Shown here in pieces: positions 38,339-50,760 of a stretch of 64,000 bases of DNA. A program made the translations under genes and the position numbers. The DNA comes from Podarcis tiliguerta (taxonomy: Eukaryota). Position 1 is the first letter of the stretch. Each line of letters starts with the position of its first letter. The notes under the pieces were generated by a model that did no database searches, was not told where the DNA came from, and was given only the letters and a program-made list of their open reading frames with translations. The stretch lies in the NCBI GenBank assembly GCA_965153285.1, contig OZ229111.1; one strand, 5' to 3'.

Positions 38339-38344
38339 GGAAAC
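38331..38344. promoter_or_regulatory. RFX X-box-like motif GTCGCCATGGAAAC
   Basis: Fits the RFX consensus GTNRCC(n0-3)RGYAAC / GTTGCCATGGCAAC with minor mismatches. Overlaps the pseudogene's candidate ATG. Confidence 0.5.
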
Positions 38345-41319
38345 GAGGCCTGGTGCCCCTGGAGCCTTGTCAGAAGCCTCTTGGGGCTGGTACCGCGAGT
38401 GGTCTACCCCACGGAGGCCGCTTCCCAAGGCAAAACCTTAACACCCCTTAACAACTACCGCATTCCGAGCAGGGGGAGTCAGAATCCGACGTGGTATCCG
38501 CCAGCCGGCGCGAGGGACCAGCGCCCTAAACTGAGGGGAAAGGACGGGCGACCACGGCCTACCCTAGCCATTAGAAAGAGGATTAAAAAGGGCGGGAGTC
38601 CAACATATTGGTTTCCCGTTGGATAGGAATTTTGCCCAGTGGGGAAAGAAGGCGGGGAGAGGAAAGCGTGGCCATTGGAGAAGAAAACGAGGGAGCCGTG
38701 AAATGAGTGGGTCTTATGGACAGTTTGTGGAAGAAGGTGTTGAAATTCTGTTGAGGGGTGTAATTGAAGTGGGTGGGGAGGCGGTATCGATTAACTAGAT
38801 TTAAATGCAATTCGGGGTGCAGCGGCAGAGATTGCATTCACCGAGCGGGTGAAGGAGAGTAAGTATGCAAAGTCCTCCCATTTCCATGCTGTTTCCTATA
38901 TGCCATGAGGGCTAGTAGCTCTACTTATGAAAACAGGCGTTGGGGTGTGAGGCTTCGAAAGATCTGGGACCCTCAACAGTTTCCTTTGCTTATTCCATTC
39001 TTAATTCAGCGTTGTACAGACTGGAAAGTGGGAGGGCAGGTTTTAGGATGAATGTTCCTGATTCACTCATGTTCCAGAAGCAGGATTGTTAACTATTTTG
39101 TTTATTTGCTTGCTTGTTATTGAAGGTGCAGCATTCTGCATCCACAACTGACAAAAATCAATAAAAATGTTTTCCATTACTTCCTCTGGATCAGCAGTGG
39201 AGAGCCTTAGGGCTTGGGGCCAAATGTGGCCCTCTTGGCTTTTTATATTTCCCCAGGCCACAACACTCACTGGCTCTGGTGCCCTTCATGAGTGTCTTTC
39301 CTTGGCTGGAATGTGTCCTTGAATTGTCATAATGTTCCTTGCTTACCTGGATGGAGGACTGAGCGGGGTGTGGGAGCTTGTAGAAACTAGCCTGCTTTGC
39401 ACCTACTGCTCTGCACAGTTTTGCCTTTGACCAAGGCCAAGCCTATTCTTTGTGTGTGGCTCCTGGATGATTGCCCCGAAGTGAATGCGGCTTTGAGTTG
39501 GAAAGGGCTCCCTGCCCATGATCAAGATGCTAGATTAACCAAGATTCAGTAATATCCAACTGTCTACGCTAAACTCTCTTAATGAAATTATCCATGGGCA
39601 TATTTGTTGGTTAAATTATGTTTGACAAGTCAGTCACTCACATAAATTTCTGAGACATCTATCTGATCTACTGAGAACAATTTGTACACAAAAACTGGTT
39701 TTCCAGTGTAGAGCCACTGAATCAGTTTCCTTGGGTTCAGAAGGTTGCTCAATGCAAAGTTTCTGTTGCTGGAAGCCTATCTGGAGCACCCAGAGTGTAT
39801 ATGTGGTTTCCTTCTCTTTAGGGAGGCAGGCACAATGCCTATATAAACATACATTCTGTAAAAGCCAGCCATTTTATGATAGGTTTTGGTTAAACGATGA
39901 ACAGCATTTACTAGTTACAGTATTCTCCTTTATCGTTCTAGAAGACATGGGTGGAGGGTCAATGGATATGAACTGATGCAACTGGCAGTTTCCTAGTCAA
40001 ATATCTGAGACAGAACACACTACACTCGCTGCTGAGATCAGTATATAGAGCTCCTTTGGGAAGGCATCGTGACATGTAAGTGCTTGCAGTAGTTTGCCCT
40101 ACTCTGCAGTGATAGCATAATGTGATAATTGGGAAGCTTTCATTCTTCAGAACTGTCAGCTTGCACACCTCTCCTTGATGCTAAGTTGATCATAAAACAT
40201 TTAAAAATAAATAAAATGACTTCATTTTGTTTTTTAAGATTTGTCAAAAATATTTAAGCTCACTAGTTGAGAGCACATCTTCCCAAAGCAGCTTAATGAG
40301 GCATTCACCTGGCAAATCTCAAACACTGTAGGGTAGGTTATGCATATTTTATAGCCCTGAATATTAAACCCAAAGAAATTAATCACACTTGCTGGAGAGG
40401 TTTTTTATTTATTTAAATATTCCTATTCTCCTGTTAATACATACTAGCCTTTAGGAGCCTGGGGGGGGGGGGGACCCTCCCTCTTCCTTGAATTTCCACT
40501 ATTACTGATTGTTGGGTTTTTTTAGGTTATTGAGTTTAATATCTAAGCATTAGATCCTAAGGTTTTGATATTATGTACTCTTACATGGAGAGATAATTCT
40601 GTTGACTTAAATAGGATTTATGTCAAGATAAATATTCATAGGATTGGGTTGCACATCATTCTAATGTTTGTTTGGAAGAAAAGGGTGTGATTTGTAGAGA
40701 GGCAAATATTGAAAGATTCTAAAGCAAGGATGTAGGAAAGACTTCTGGCCCTTGAGCTGGCTCCAGTCTACACCTTGCTACCCCCACCCACTGCAAATAG
40801 GATCTCCCTCTCCTCATAAAACTATGGGTACCATTAGAAGCTCTTATTCTAAGCTGGGGGGTGGGGGCTTGTCTGGGGAAAGAAGGGTTAACCCTCTAGA
40901 CTCTAGTGTAAAAATAATTATTTCAGGCTGCTTGGTTTTATAATAATAAACAATGGGATGTTAAGAGAAACAAGAAGATGATCTTGTGCATGTTAGACAA
41001 ACAAACATGGTAAGGTGATATTGTATATTGGCATTAAATGTTCAAGCTTTTTAGTTGCACAGAATTATCCAAAAGTCATAATGGAATGTGTATTAATTCT
41101 AAGGTATGCAGGATACAATAATGAAATTTGAAATCCCTTTTCATTGAAGAAATAATTATGCAGCTTTCTGCTTACATATGATGTAATATGTTAACCAGGT
41201 GTTAGTTAATATATTTTGCATTGAACAGAGAATGTGGATCTTAGAATTTTCATGTATTTTGATAGTCCACTTTGTAAAGATATTTGCTAAAATATTTGTA
41301 AAACTTCTCTCTTTCTCTC

Positions 41320-41400
41320 TTTCTGTGAGATTGAGTAACTTTTGCATTGTGCCTGGTTAGATTTCTGTGAGATTGAACAACTTTTGCATTGTGCCTGGTT
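41320..41400. repeat. 42-bp tandem duplication (2 copies)
   Basis: TTTCTGTGAGATTGA(GT/AC)AACTTTTGCATTGTGCCTGGTT repeated. Confidence 0.85.
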
Positions 41401-41923
41401 AATTGTTCTGTGTAAATCAAAAGTTGGCATGACAACGGCTGTCTGTACTAAATCCCACATTTGCTCATTTTCCTGGTTCTCACCATCAGTACTCCAAGGG
41501 CTTGTCTGCATGGTGCTGTCTGCATAGTGCTTGTTGTAGGTCATGCTGATCCCCAGCTAGATGGAATTGTGGACTGAGCACAGTGTGCATAGTCCACATG
41601 ACAAGAGCAATGATGTCAGAACAAGAAACTATATGCTTCCTTTCTCTTAGGAATACTAAGTGCTGAACATTGGGCTCAATGCAAAACAATAGGATTTATT
41701 TCCTGGACAAAGGAAAAAAAACACCATTCAGTTTTACCTATGGAAATTATTTCCCATGATTCACTTCATTAGCATATTTGCATTTCTCCAAGCCATTGAA
41801 TCAATTAGTTCATCCTCACAACAACCCTTCAAGGGAGATTAGACTGGGAGATAATGCCTGGTTCAAATCCTCCTAGTTAATTTACTAGAATTTTGATTTA
41901 CTGGAATTTTAATCCAAGCAGGT

Positions 41924-42280
41924 AAAGGTAAAGGTAAAGGGACCCCTGACCATTAGGTCCAGTCGTGACCGACTCTGGGGTTGCGGCACTCATCTTGCTT
42001 TATTGGTCGAGGGAGCCGGCGTACAGCTTCCGGGTCATGTGGCCAGTATGACTAAGCCACTTCTGGCGAACCAGAGCAGTGCACAGAAACACCATTTACC
42101 TTCCCGATGGAGCGGTACCTATTTATCTACTTGCACTTTGACGTGCTTTCAAACTGCTAGGTGGGCAGGAGCAGGGACTGAGCAACGGGAGCTCACCCCG
42201 TCGTGGGGATTCGAACCACCGACCTTCTGATCAGCAAGTCCCAGGCTCTGTGGTTTAACCCACAGCGCCACCCACGTCCC
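41924..42280 (-). mobile_element. Sauria SINE, full length
   Basis: Head GGGACGTGGGTGGCGCTGTGGG and (ACCTTT)n tail. TSD TAATCCA(A/G)GCAGGT at 41910-41923 and 42281-42294. Confidence 0.92.
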
Positions 42281-42294
42281 TAATCCAGGCAGGT

Positions 42295-42780
42295 GTTTAG
42301 TCATGTCCAACTCTTCATGACCCCATGGACCAGAGCACGCCAGTCACTCCTGTCTTCCACTGCCTCCCGCAGTTTGGTCAAACTCATGCTGGTAGCTTCG
42401 AGAACACTGTCCACCATCTTGTCCTCTGTCATCCCCTTCTTGTGCCCTCCATCTTTCCCAACATCAGGGTCTTTTCCAGGGAGTCTTCTCTTCTCATGAG
42501 GTGGCCAAAGTATTGGAGCCTCAGCTTCAGGATCTGTCCTTCCAGCGAGCACTCAGGCCTGATTTCCTTAAGAATGGATAGGCTTGAACTTCTTGCAGTC
42601 CATGGGACTCTCAAGAGTCTCCTCCAGCACCAGAATTCAAAAGCATCAATTCTTTGGCGATCAGCCTTCTTTATGTTCCAGCTCTCACTTCCATACATCA
42701 CTACTGGGAAAACCATAGCTTTAACTATACGGACCTTTGTTGGCAAGGTGATGTTTCTGCTTTTTGAGATGCTGTCTAGG
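42295..42780 (-). mobile_element. BovB (RTE-clade) LINE 3' fragment
   Basis: Translates to ITLPTKVRIVKAMVFPVVMYGSESW..RIDAFEFWCWRRLLRVPWTAR..LKLRLQYFGHLMRREDSLEKTLMLGK and LREAVEDRSDWRALVHGV, the characteristic BovB ORF end. Confidence 0.93.
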
Positions 42781-44597
42781 GTACCCCACCCCAAATCCAG
42801 TGCCGTGTGTGTGTGTGTGTGTGTGTTCTCCTTTTTTTTTTTTTGCTGCTATACTATTTTTATTTTTATTTTACTGTCTTTATTTTTTCCTCTTCCCTCT
42901 TTTTTCTTTTGTTTATTTTGTGAATAAAAATTACTTTTAATAAGAGAAATAAGCTCTACACCAACAAGTTTATCACAATAAAGGCCTGATCACCTGCTGA
43001 TCTAAGCTACAATGATGGAATCCCCAAACACCTGGTGGTATTGGAGCATGCGCTGAGATTCCTGGGGCAGATCTTGATGAAACTCAAAGGGGCTATTTTG
43101 TTCAGTTTCTCGCCTTTCCCTCACCCTTCTACCTGTTGTTGTTGGTTTTACAGTATACAGGAAACAGAAGGTATTCACTCAGATCTATTCCCAGAGTTTA
43201 AGTCACTGGAAATCTTGAATCAGTCTGTGCCTTTGTCATAGTGAACATATTAATGTTAATCAACTCGCCTTTTTTATTATGATGATTGCAGAGGAATGTG
43301 GAGGTTCTCATTTTGCAAGGTGTGAGAATCTTCAATTTTTATAACGTTTCTCACTCTGAAAAAAGCTAGATATTTTTCCCATCAGAAAACATTCTGGAGG
43401 AAAATCTAGAAGATACAGCTGCAGTTTCCTCTTTTGAAATTATGGTTTAATGTGAACATTCTTTTACATTCACATAATAGCTTAATTGGCTTAAATTCCA
43501 TGTACATGATTTCAAAATCAGGCACTCAACCAGTTTCTCATTGTATTTATTCAGCATGCATGCACTATACCAGCTATTGGCAGAGTCTATGTTTTTGAAT
43601 AGACTCACAAGAACATCTTTTTTTCACATCTGAAAGTAGGGTTTATAGTGTGAGATAATGTCCACAGACTCCATGATGGATGAGCAGCTCTCAGCAGTAT
43701 TAGTGCAAGCTTTGTCACTTAGACAATGCAGCCATGCTGCAAGGCATTCTATTCTTAACAATGACTTCATCATTGATAGCCTCTTGGTTGCCACCACTTG
43801 TCATTCTAGCAGTGTTTTGCAAGCAGCTGTAGCTTGCAATCTGTGGGATAAGGGAACTCAGGAAGTCAAAGAGCAACTGGCTACTATGCAACCCAAGTAG
43901 AAACTGAAAAGGCCATTATGAATGTATCCACATCAGATCTGTTGTTAAGGGGCAAGCCATTTTTAGGGCATTTAAATTTTTTAGATCCCCTTGGTAACTT
44001 TCAGATCGTTCAAAAATGCTTCACCATTCTCCTGATGAACCTCAAGCAGGTGATTCTCTTTTTTTATGCTGCAGCATTTTATTTTCTGTTGCAGTCACTC
44101 AAATGTATAGCAGGATCTGTTCAATAAATACTCATTTTTTATATATTTTAAAAGGTAGTTATAGATATTTAATGTATTATAGTTCCCACATCTTATGAAA
44201 GAAGATAGCTAGTGGAGAGGGAGGGCGGGAGGGCGGGAGAGAGAGTTTTGATTGGGTTTATGCATGTTAGTGAATACAATTCTAGGAAGCTTACGAAAAT
44301 ATAGTAGTGGTAATAATAAATGTAGTAGGAGTAGTAAAAGTCGGTTACATTTGTTTGCCTGACTAATGCTAATGCAGAGCATATTAGTACTGGGTGACAA
44401 CATAGGTCTCGGGTCAGATCTGTTGCCAACGAAGGGGGAAGTATTGCTTTTCTGACCTTTAGTTCCCAATTATTTAGATGGTCAAGCATGACCAACAAGG
44501 TAGTCAGAATCTCCTAATTATAACAGTAGTACTTATGCCAAACTAATGATCCATGTAGTCCAAGGTCTTGTATCTATCCATTGCTACTTTGGAGCTT

Positions 44598-45040
44598 CCC
44601 CCGACCCCAGCCCCCAGAACAGCCTGCTATCCGCAAGCCTAGGGAGCCGCGCCGGTCTCCCCAGGCTTGCGGAGAGCTGTGCGAAGCCCGGGGCGCACTC
44701 TTCAGCGCACCCCTGGCTTCAGAATGCAGGCAGCTCTGCGCAACCTTTGGGAGCCCAGCACGGCTTCACACCGGGCTCCCTAGGGTCACGCAGAGCTGCG
44801 CGTAGCCTGGGAATGCAGGCAGCTCTGCGCGACCCTTGGGAGCCCAGCGCAAAGTCGCGCCGGTCTCCCAAGGGTTGCGCATAGCTTCCTGAAGCCTGGA
44901 GAGCGAGAGGGGTCGGTGCGCACCGACCCCTCTCGCTCTCCAGGCTTCAGTGAAAGCCTGCATTCACCCCATAGGATGCACACACATTTCCCCTTCATTT
45001 TTGGAGGGGAAAAGTGTGTCCTATAGGGCGAAAAATACGG
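44598..45040. mobile_element. 5'-truncated MITE (CCGTATTTTT TIR family) with GC-rich internal repeats and a palindrome
   Basis: Right end GAAAAATACGG and about 90 nt of subterminal sequence are shared with the 45813-46072 copy. Confidence 0.7.
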
Positions 45041-45812
45041 CACTTCTTTACACAGTACATGGAATTTGCTGCCATGTGATGCAGTGCTGACCACCAATTT
45101 AGATGGCTTTAAAAGAGGATTGACAAATTCATGGAGGATAAAGCTAACAATGACTACTAGCCAGAATGAGGTATGCCTTTGAATACCAGGTGTGTTTGTG
45201 TTCTGCTTTTGGGTTTCCCACAAACATCTGGATGGCTCCTGTGAGAACAGGGTGCCGGACTAGATGGGCCTTGGATGTGATCTAGCAGGCCTCTTCTTAA
45301 GTGGAAATGTTTTCTGTTCAGCCTTCTGAGTAAATAAGTTTTAATTGAGGAAGAATGTGTTTAAAAAGTAAGTGTAAACTACTTCTCAATATAGCTGCAT
45401 GTTCCAGCCTTAAGATGTGCTGTTAATCCTTTGGGGCAGCTGTTCTCCAAGAAACTGAAGTGAGAGGTGTCTCAAAGGGGATCAGGAGGGAATTAATGAT
45501 GTGGTCTGGCCGATGTGTTTGCTTACACGTTGCCAGAATATTTTGTATTCCATAGGGATGCAGGAGAGATCTCCAGGCGCTCTGTGTGGTGCTTGCTTTC
45601 TGAGAAATGTCACTTCAGGGACTTCGGGAGCTCCTTGTCAGAATGGCTTGAAAGCAGTCACAACTTCACGAGTAGAGAAAATACTTTTCAGAAGTACCTA
45701 TACATCTGCTTATTATGTTGTATACAAAGCAACCACAACAAATGACCTTAAAATGTACTGCTACCTCTCTCCCCCCACCCCACCCCCTAGCCATCTTGTG
45801 TGTGCGTGCGTA

Positions 45813-46072
45813 CCGAATTTTTCGGTCTGTAAGACGCACCAGACCATAAGACGCACCTAGTTTTTGGAGGAGGAAAACAAGAAAAAAAATATTCTGAATT
45901 CCAGAAGCCAGAACAGCAAGAGGGATCGCTGCGCAGTGAAAGCAGCAATCCCTCTTGCTGTTCTGGCTTCTGGGATAGCTGTGCAGCCTGCATTTGCTCC
46001 ATAAGACGCACACACATTTCCCCTTTACTTTTTAGGAGGGAAAAGGTGAGTCTTATAGAGCAAAAAATACGG
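45813..46072. mobile_element. Tc1/mariner/pogo-type MITE (CCG(A/T)ATTTTT TIR)
   Basis: TA|CCGAATTTTTCG...CAAAAAATACGG|TA, with an internal hairpin at 45901-45973. Confidence 0.8.
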
Positions 46073-49000
46073 TAATTTAATCTTGAATATATTCAAGAGC
46101 AGACCCCTGTCAGGCCTGGACCTAGCTCTGAGACAGCTACAGTTTGGGGTGTGTCTGTGTCCAGTTGTGCTCTAGCAATCAAGGTTCAAAAGGGCCTGAG
46201 GCGGAAGACGTTGTCAAAAACAGGCTTGTGCTCAGCTTCTGGAAGGGGTGGCCGCTGGAAGCAGTGGCTACTCCATGAGATGAGTTCTTCAGACTTGAGG
46301 AACTTGCCTTGGATGTGAGGGCTTTATCTGAGCCTGAGGTATGCCCTCCCCACCCCATCAGCTCTGAAGTCAGTTCAGGCTGTGGTCTCGGCTAGTTTAG
46401 TCAGGCTGCAACTGCAGCCTAGAGGGTGCACAGAGCTGAACCTACCTTGTTTGCTGAGGGAGCAAAATGCCATTTCCCCACCCCCAGAAGGGCCTTGTTA
46501 GCCTATGGACCTTTCAGTGGATCACTTTTCCCAACCCCAACAGCTCAAGGGTATTCCTAGCGGCAAGTGACTTAGAGAGCAGATTTGTTAATAGTCAAAT
46601 CAATGGAGATGGGGAGAGACAATGGGGTGCGAAATAGAGATAATTATACTCTCAGTAGCAGGGCTTCCTTAATCTTTGCCTCCCCATTTGCATTGGTGCA
46701 CAAAAAAGATGTGCAGTATTTATGCAGCTGGAGTTGGGTACGGGTATGTGTCTATGTGTGTATAACCCTTCTTCCTTGGTCCAGCCCACCCCTTCTTCCT
46801 GAAGTCAAGACTTTGCTTTTCATCTGTCAGCACCACATCTGCTTTGGAGCTTGGCCTTTCTGCTCGGCTGCCTGCAGGAATTGGCAGAGCACTCTTGCAG
46901 ATAAAGCAGGCAGCCATGTGTGAAAGAAGGGGGTGGAGTGGGGGAGCATAGCTTCAGGCATCTCTGTGCCTTTCTACAGGAGAGAATGCTCAGTGCTAAC
47001 ACCATGCCACGCCAGCCAAGCAAATCAAGTTTCGGATGTGTGTCCCGCAGGTCACTCCAGGCTTGCCAAGTCTATTCTGTTTGCTTCTCACCTTTCCTTT
47101 CCAAGGGTTTCCCCCACATCTGTTGTAACTGCAGATTTCTACCTTGTGCCTTTGGTCGTTAAAGGAGGGAGGGGTAGAGCATTTTACTGCAGATTTTGTA
47201 GCAAGGTAGTTTGACGTGAACAGTTACTTTCCTTTTGGCCAATCTGAATGAATGTTTGAAATTTGCATGGGTGATATATGCAGTTTTAAGCTTGTCTCTC
47301 TCCCCCCACCCCCCGTTTGGTGAGAGCAGTGGGTGTTCCAGTGGGTGGTGTTGTCTTTCCTAACCCTGAGCAGAGAAAACAAGCACCAAGGCCTTGTGGA
47401 ATACCCTCTTTTTGCCAAGTTTCTGTGAGGGGGGGGCATGGTGGTTGAAAGGGTGGAGTGGGTGGCGTAGTAGGGGGCAGGGTTTGTGGGGACAGGAGGT
47501 AGCACATTCCTGTTCCGCCTCAGGAGTTAAAATGGGACCTGGATTTGGTAGAACATCAGGTACACCACCACCGTGATAGATGTTGCTAGAGAACACCTCG
47601 GGTGCACTGACAAAATAGCTGAAATGGGAGGGACCTATGGAAGGGACATGGATAGCTGAGGGGGTGAACCACACTTCTGCTCTGTTTTAAACCCCTTAAA
47701 TCTACAGCCACATGTCCTGTCAATAGCGCAATTTATACCAGCCGCAGACCTGGCACAGGAAATTTCCCACCCATTTATTCATTGGGGTGGGGTGGGGGAT
47801 TCAAAAATAGCCCCCTCCAACATTGACAAGTGCCCTGCTCACATTGCTAAAACAGGGCATTAGGTATGGGCCTTGGGTACTTTGAATGGTGTGTAAAAGA
47901 TGGAAGTTATGTTGAATCCAGGCTGTTCTGCTTTTCTGTGGTATGGAAATTAAGCAGCCCATGTGCTCATGGTAGCTGAACTGCATTTGTGGATTTATGG
48001 TTTTGAAATATGCTTTTGAAGCCTCCCATTTTGAAATCCTAATACGATATTTTTTAAACAAAGAAACCTAGCAAACTTTGCACAGCATTCGCTGTAGACC
48101 CAGAACACGAACACACAAACCCCTCTCAGAAGATATCCTAATAGTTTTTTCATCATTCAATTATTTCAGCTTTTCGGCAGGGGGTCCCCACTCATATGTT
48201 TGAATAGTTAGGATTGACAACCCAGCAGTTGTGGGTAAATTGGAGCAAGACATGTGTGCAAAATCTGTGTAACTGTTGCACTATGTGTGATCTCTGGCAT
48301 ATGTCTATAAATGAAGAATGTTGGCGAGTGGGGGGGGGCATATGTTTCCATGCTTCTTCCAGTACAAGGGAGAAGGGAGGCTAGGGGGTGGGGGATGAAT
48401 ACAATTCCTCTTGAGCTGCCAGCCTTCTCTGGCACAGGGACTGGGAGCATGCGTTTCCAAGGCAATCAGTAACATCTTACTCATCCCTTTCTCCTATTGT
48501 TATCCTGCCAATCTTACTTCTTTTAGCCGGGAAAGGAGGATGGACCAGCTGTTGGTACAAGGCCCCATGCTGCCTCAGCCGGGGGGGGGGGGGGACCCCA
48601 CCTTTAGTTAAAGCTGTTTTTCCTCATGTAACTGAGGAATGAAGACCTATGTACAGAAACAACAAGATTACTAACAAGGCTGAAGGGGTTTGCTTCAGCC
48701 AAGGCTATTTTACTGTTTGAAAAATGCAAAGTGGGGGTGAATGCATCAAACCCAATAATTCTGCATGCTGTGTTGTTGGAACCTGATGAGACCAGACCAA
48801 AAGGAGTAACTAGGGGCATTTCATCATGAATCCTATAGCTGAACTCAACAACAACAACAACAACAAAAACCCCAAAACAGGTGGGATATTCCTCATTAAT
48901 GCAGGAAAGGACCTTTGCTAAGTGGGATTTTCTTGTGAATAAACATATTGATCACAGGGAAATGCTTTGCACGATAATGTAATGACATAGTAAGTTCTGC

Positions 49001-49661
49001 GTGGAACCTCTGCTTTCATTTCACATCCAGCTAATTAACCATAAAGCAATGGCTTAGGGATACTAAAGCACTCTAATGTGGAAACAACCTTGGACTGTAC
49101 TGAACTGCATGTGAGGGGTCATATATAAAACTACCCGTGTGGAGGCAACAGGATATCATGGGAAAGTTATAACATAATTTCATATTTGCTAACTCTTTCA
49201 CAAGGGATGTATATACCATAGTTTGGTATATGCAGGGAACTTTTTTCATGGGGAAGCATTCATATATGAAGTCCCTTCCCATGTAGTCGGAATTGTTAAC
49301 AGTCCGGGACCAATTTTACCACTTCATCTGATATTGTGTGACCCAGCTGTCTTTCCTGACCCCAGTGGTCTAGGCAAAGTGACAGGTGCCATTGACATCT
49401 GTGTCCTCAGAGTGATTCCCTGTCACCATCTGCCAGGAACCATAAGACGTGGTTGCCATGTCAGGCTGCTAGCCCTTAAGGCAAAAGAGAAGTCAAGAGG
49501 ATTACACAGGCAGCCTCAAATGGAGGCAGTCAATTTGGGCTTTCTTGCCTTTTTGAGTTTTGCCATTCAAGTGCTCAACCTGGGAGCTGTTTGCCACTTG
49601 TGAAAAAGCAAGTAGACAGCTTTGTGCATGTCCTGTATGTGATTCTGTACAGAACTGTATA

Positions 49662-50760
49662 TTTTATTTTATTTTTATTTAACAAAGTTTATAGACTACT
49701 TGATTGTAATAAAAATTTTGAGTAGTTTACAAGAAATACTAAAAGTACCAATAAAAACAAGTTAAAAACACATAATTAAAAACATTTAAAAGATAACTAA
49801 AATAAATAGTAGACAAAAAAGATTAAAAGACATCAACATCTATGTGTCTGGATAGGCTTGGCTAAGCAAAAACATTTTAAGCTGGTGCTGAAAAGAGTAC
49901 AGTAAAGGCTCCTGCCTGATGTCAATAGACAACAAGTAACAGCTGCCACACTAACAGACCAATTTTTTTAAAGTGTAGAACAATTATTATGTGGCACCTG
50001 TTACAGTGTCAGCTCCATAGATTGAAGCAGTTGAGAGGGTGCATATGGAGTAGAGATTTCCCAAGTAAACTGCCCCCAACTGTTAGGGGCTTTATATACC
50101 AATAGCACCTTGAATTTTGACTGTTAATAAATCTACAACCCGTACAGATCTCCGAGCAGAGGTGTTAACATGCTGACAGTGTCTCATTTCTGTCAGTAGC
50201 TATGCTGCAACATTCTGCAGTAGCTGCAATTTTTGCATCAAGCATAAGGGAAGCCTCACATAGAATACATTGCTGTAATCCAGTCTTGAAGTCACCATTG
50301 CCTAGACTACTGTGGTCAAGTTCTTCTGGTCCAGGAACAGTTGTCGATGTTGTACTAAGCCATGGGTAGGCAAACTAAGGCCCAGGGGCTGGATCCGGCC
50401 GGCCCAATAGCCTTCTCAATCCGGCACGTGGATGGTCCGGGAATTAGCATGTTTTTACATGAGTAGAATGTGTCCTTTTATTTAAAATGCATCTCTGGGT
50501 TATTTGTGGGGCATAGGAATTTGTTCATTCCTCCCCCCCCCAAATGTCTGAGGGACAGTGGACTGCTGAAAGAGTTTGCTGACCCCTGTATAACTAAGCA
50601 CAGCTGTCAGAAGGTGCTTTTAGCCAGTGTGGCTACCTGGGCCTCCAGTATCAAAGCAGGATCCAGAAGCACACCAAGGCTGCATACCTGCTCCTTCAGG
50701 GGGAGTGCAGTTCTGTATAAGGTAGGCAACTGACCCATTTCCTGGACATGGGGACCACTC
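49662..50760 (-). mobile_element. Degraded L2-type LINE 3' portion, interrupted by a hAT MITE
   Basis: ORF 50607..50792 contains LPLKEQVCSLGVLLDPALILEAQVA, an L2-like post-RT motif. A (TAAA)n-type tail lies at the low-coordinate end. Confidence 0.7.
50361..50588. mobile_element. hAT (Charlie-like) MITE
   Basis: TIRs CATGGGTAGGCAAACT / AGTTTGCTGACCCCTG with an internal GGCCC..GGATCCGGCC motif. TSD imperfect. Confidence 0.75.

Larger units (their letters stand above)
38000..38860. promoter_or_regulatory. CpG island / promoter around GLUD pseudo-exon 1
   Basis: Locally GC- and CpG-rich against a CpG-depleted background. GC boxes (GGGCGGG 38590-38596, GGCGGGG 38651), inverted CCAAT boxes (ATTGG 38607-38611, 38674-38678) and an X-box at 38331-38344. 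Confidence 0.75.

Noticed and set aside
39700-40170. SHLD2 paralog remnant (MGGGS.. resembling MSGGS..)
   Set aside because: A stop follows after 9 codons and the similarity does not extend.
41320-41400. CRISPR-like or regularly spaced array
   Set aside because: Two-copy tandem duplication without spacers, in a vertebrate genome.
47360-49480. AG/GT-bounded - strand segments near 47500-47680 and 49320-49475 as exons of another gene
   Set aside because: Stops in the plausible frames and no recognisable protein family.
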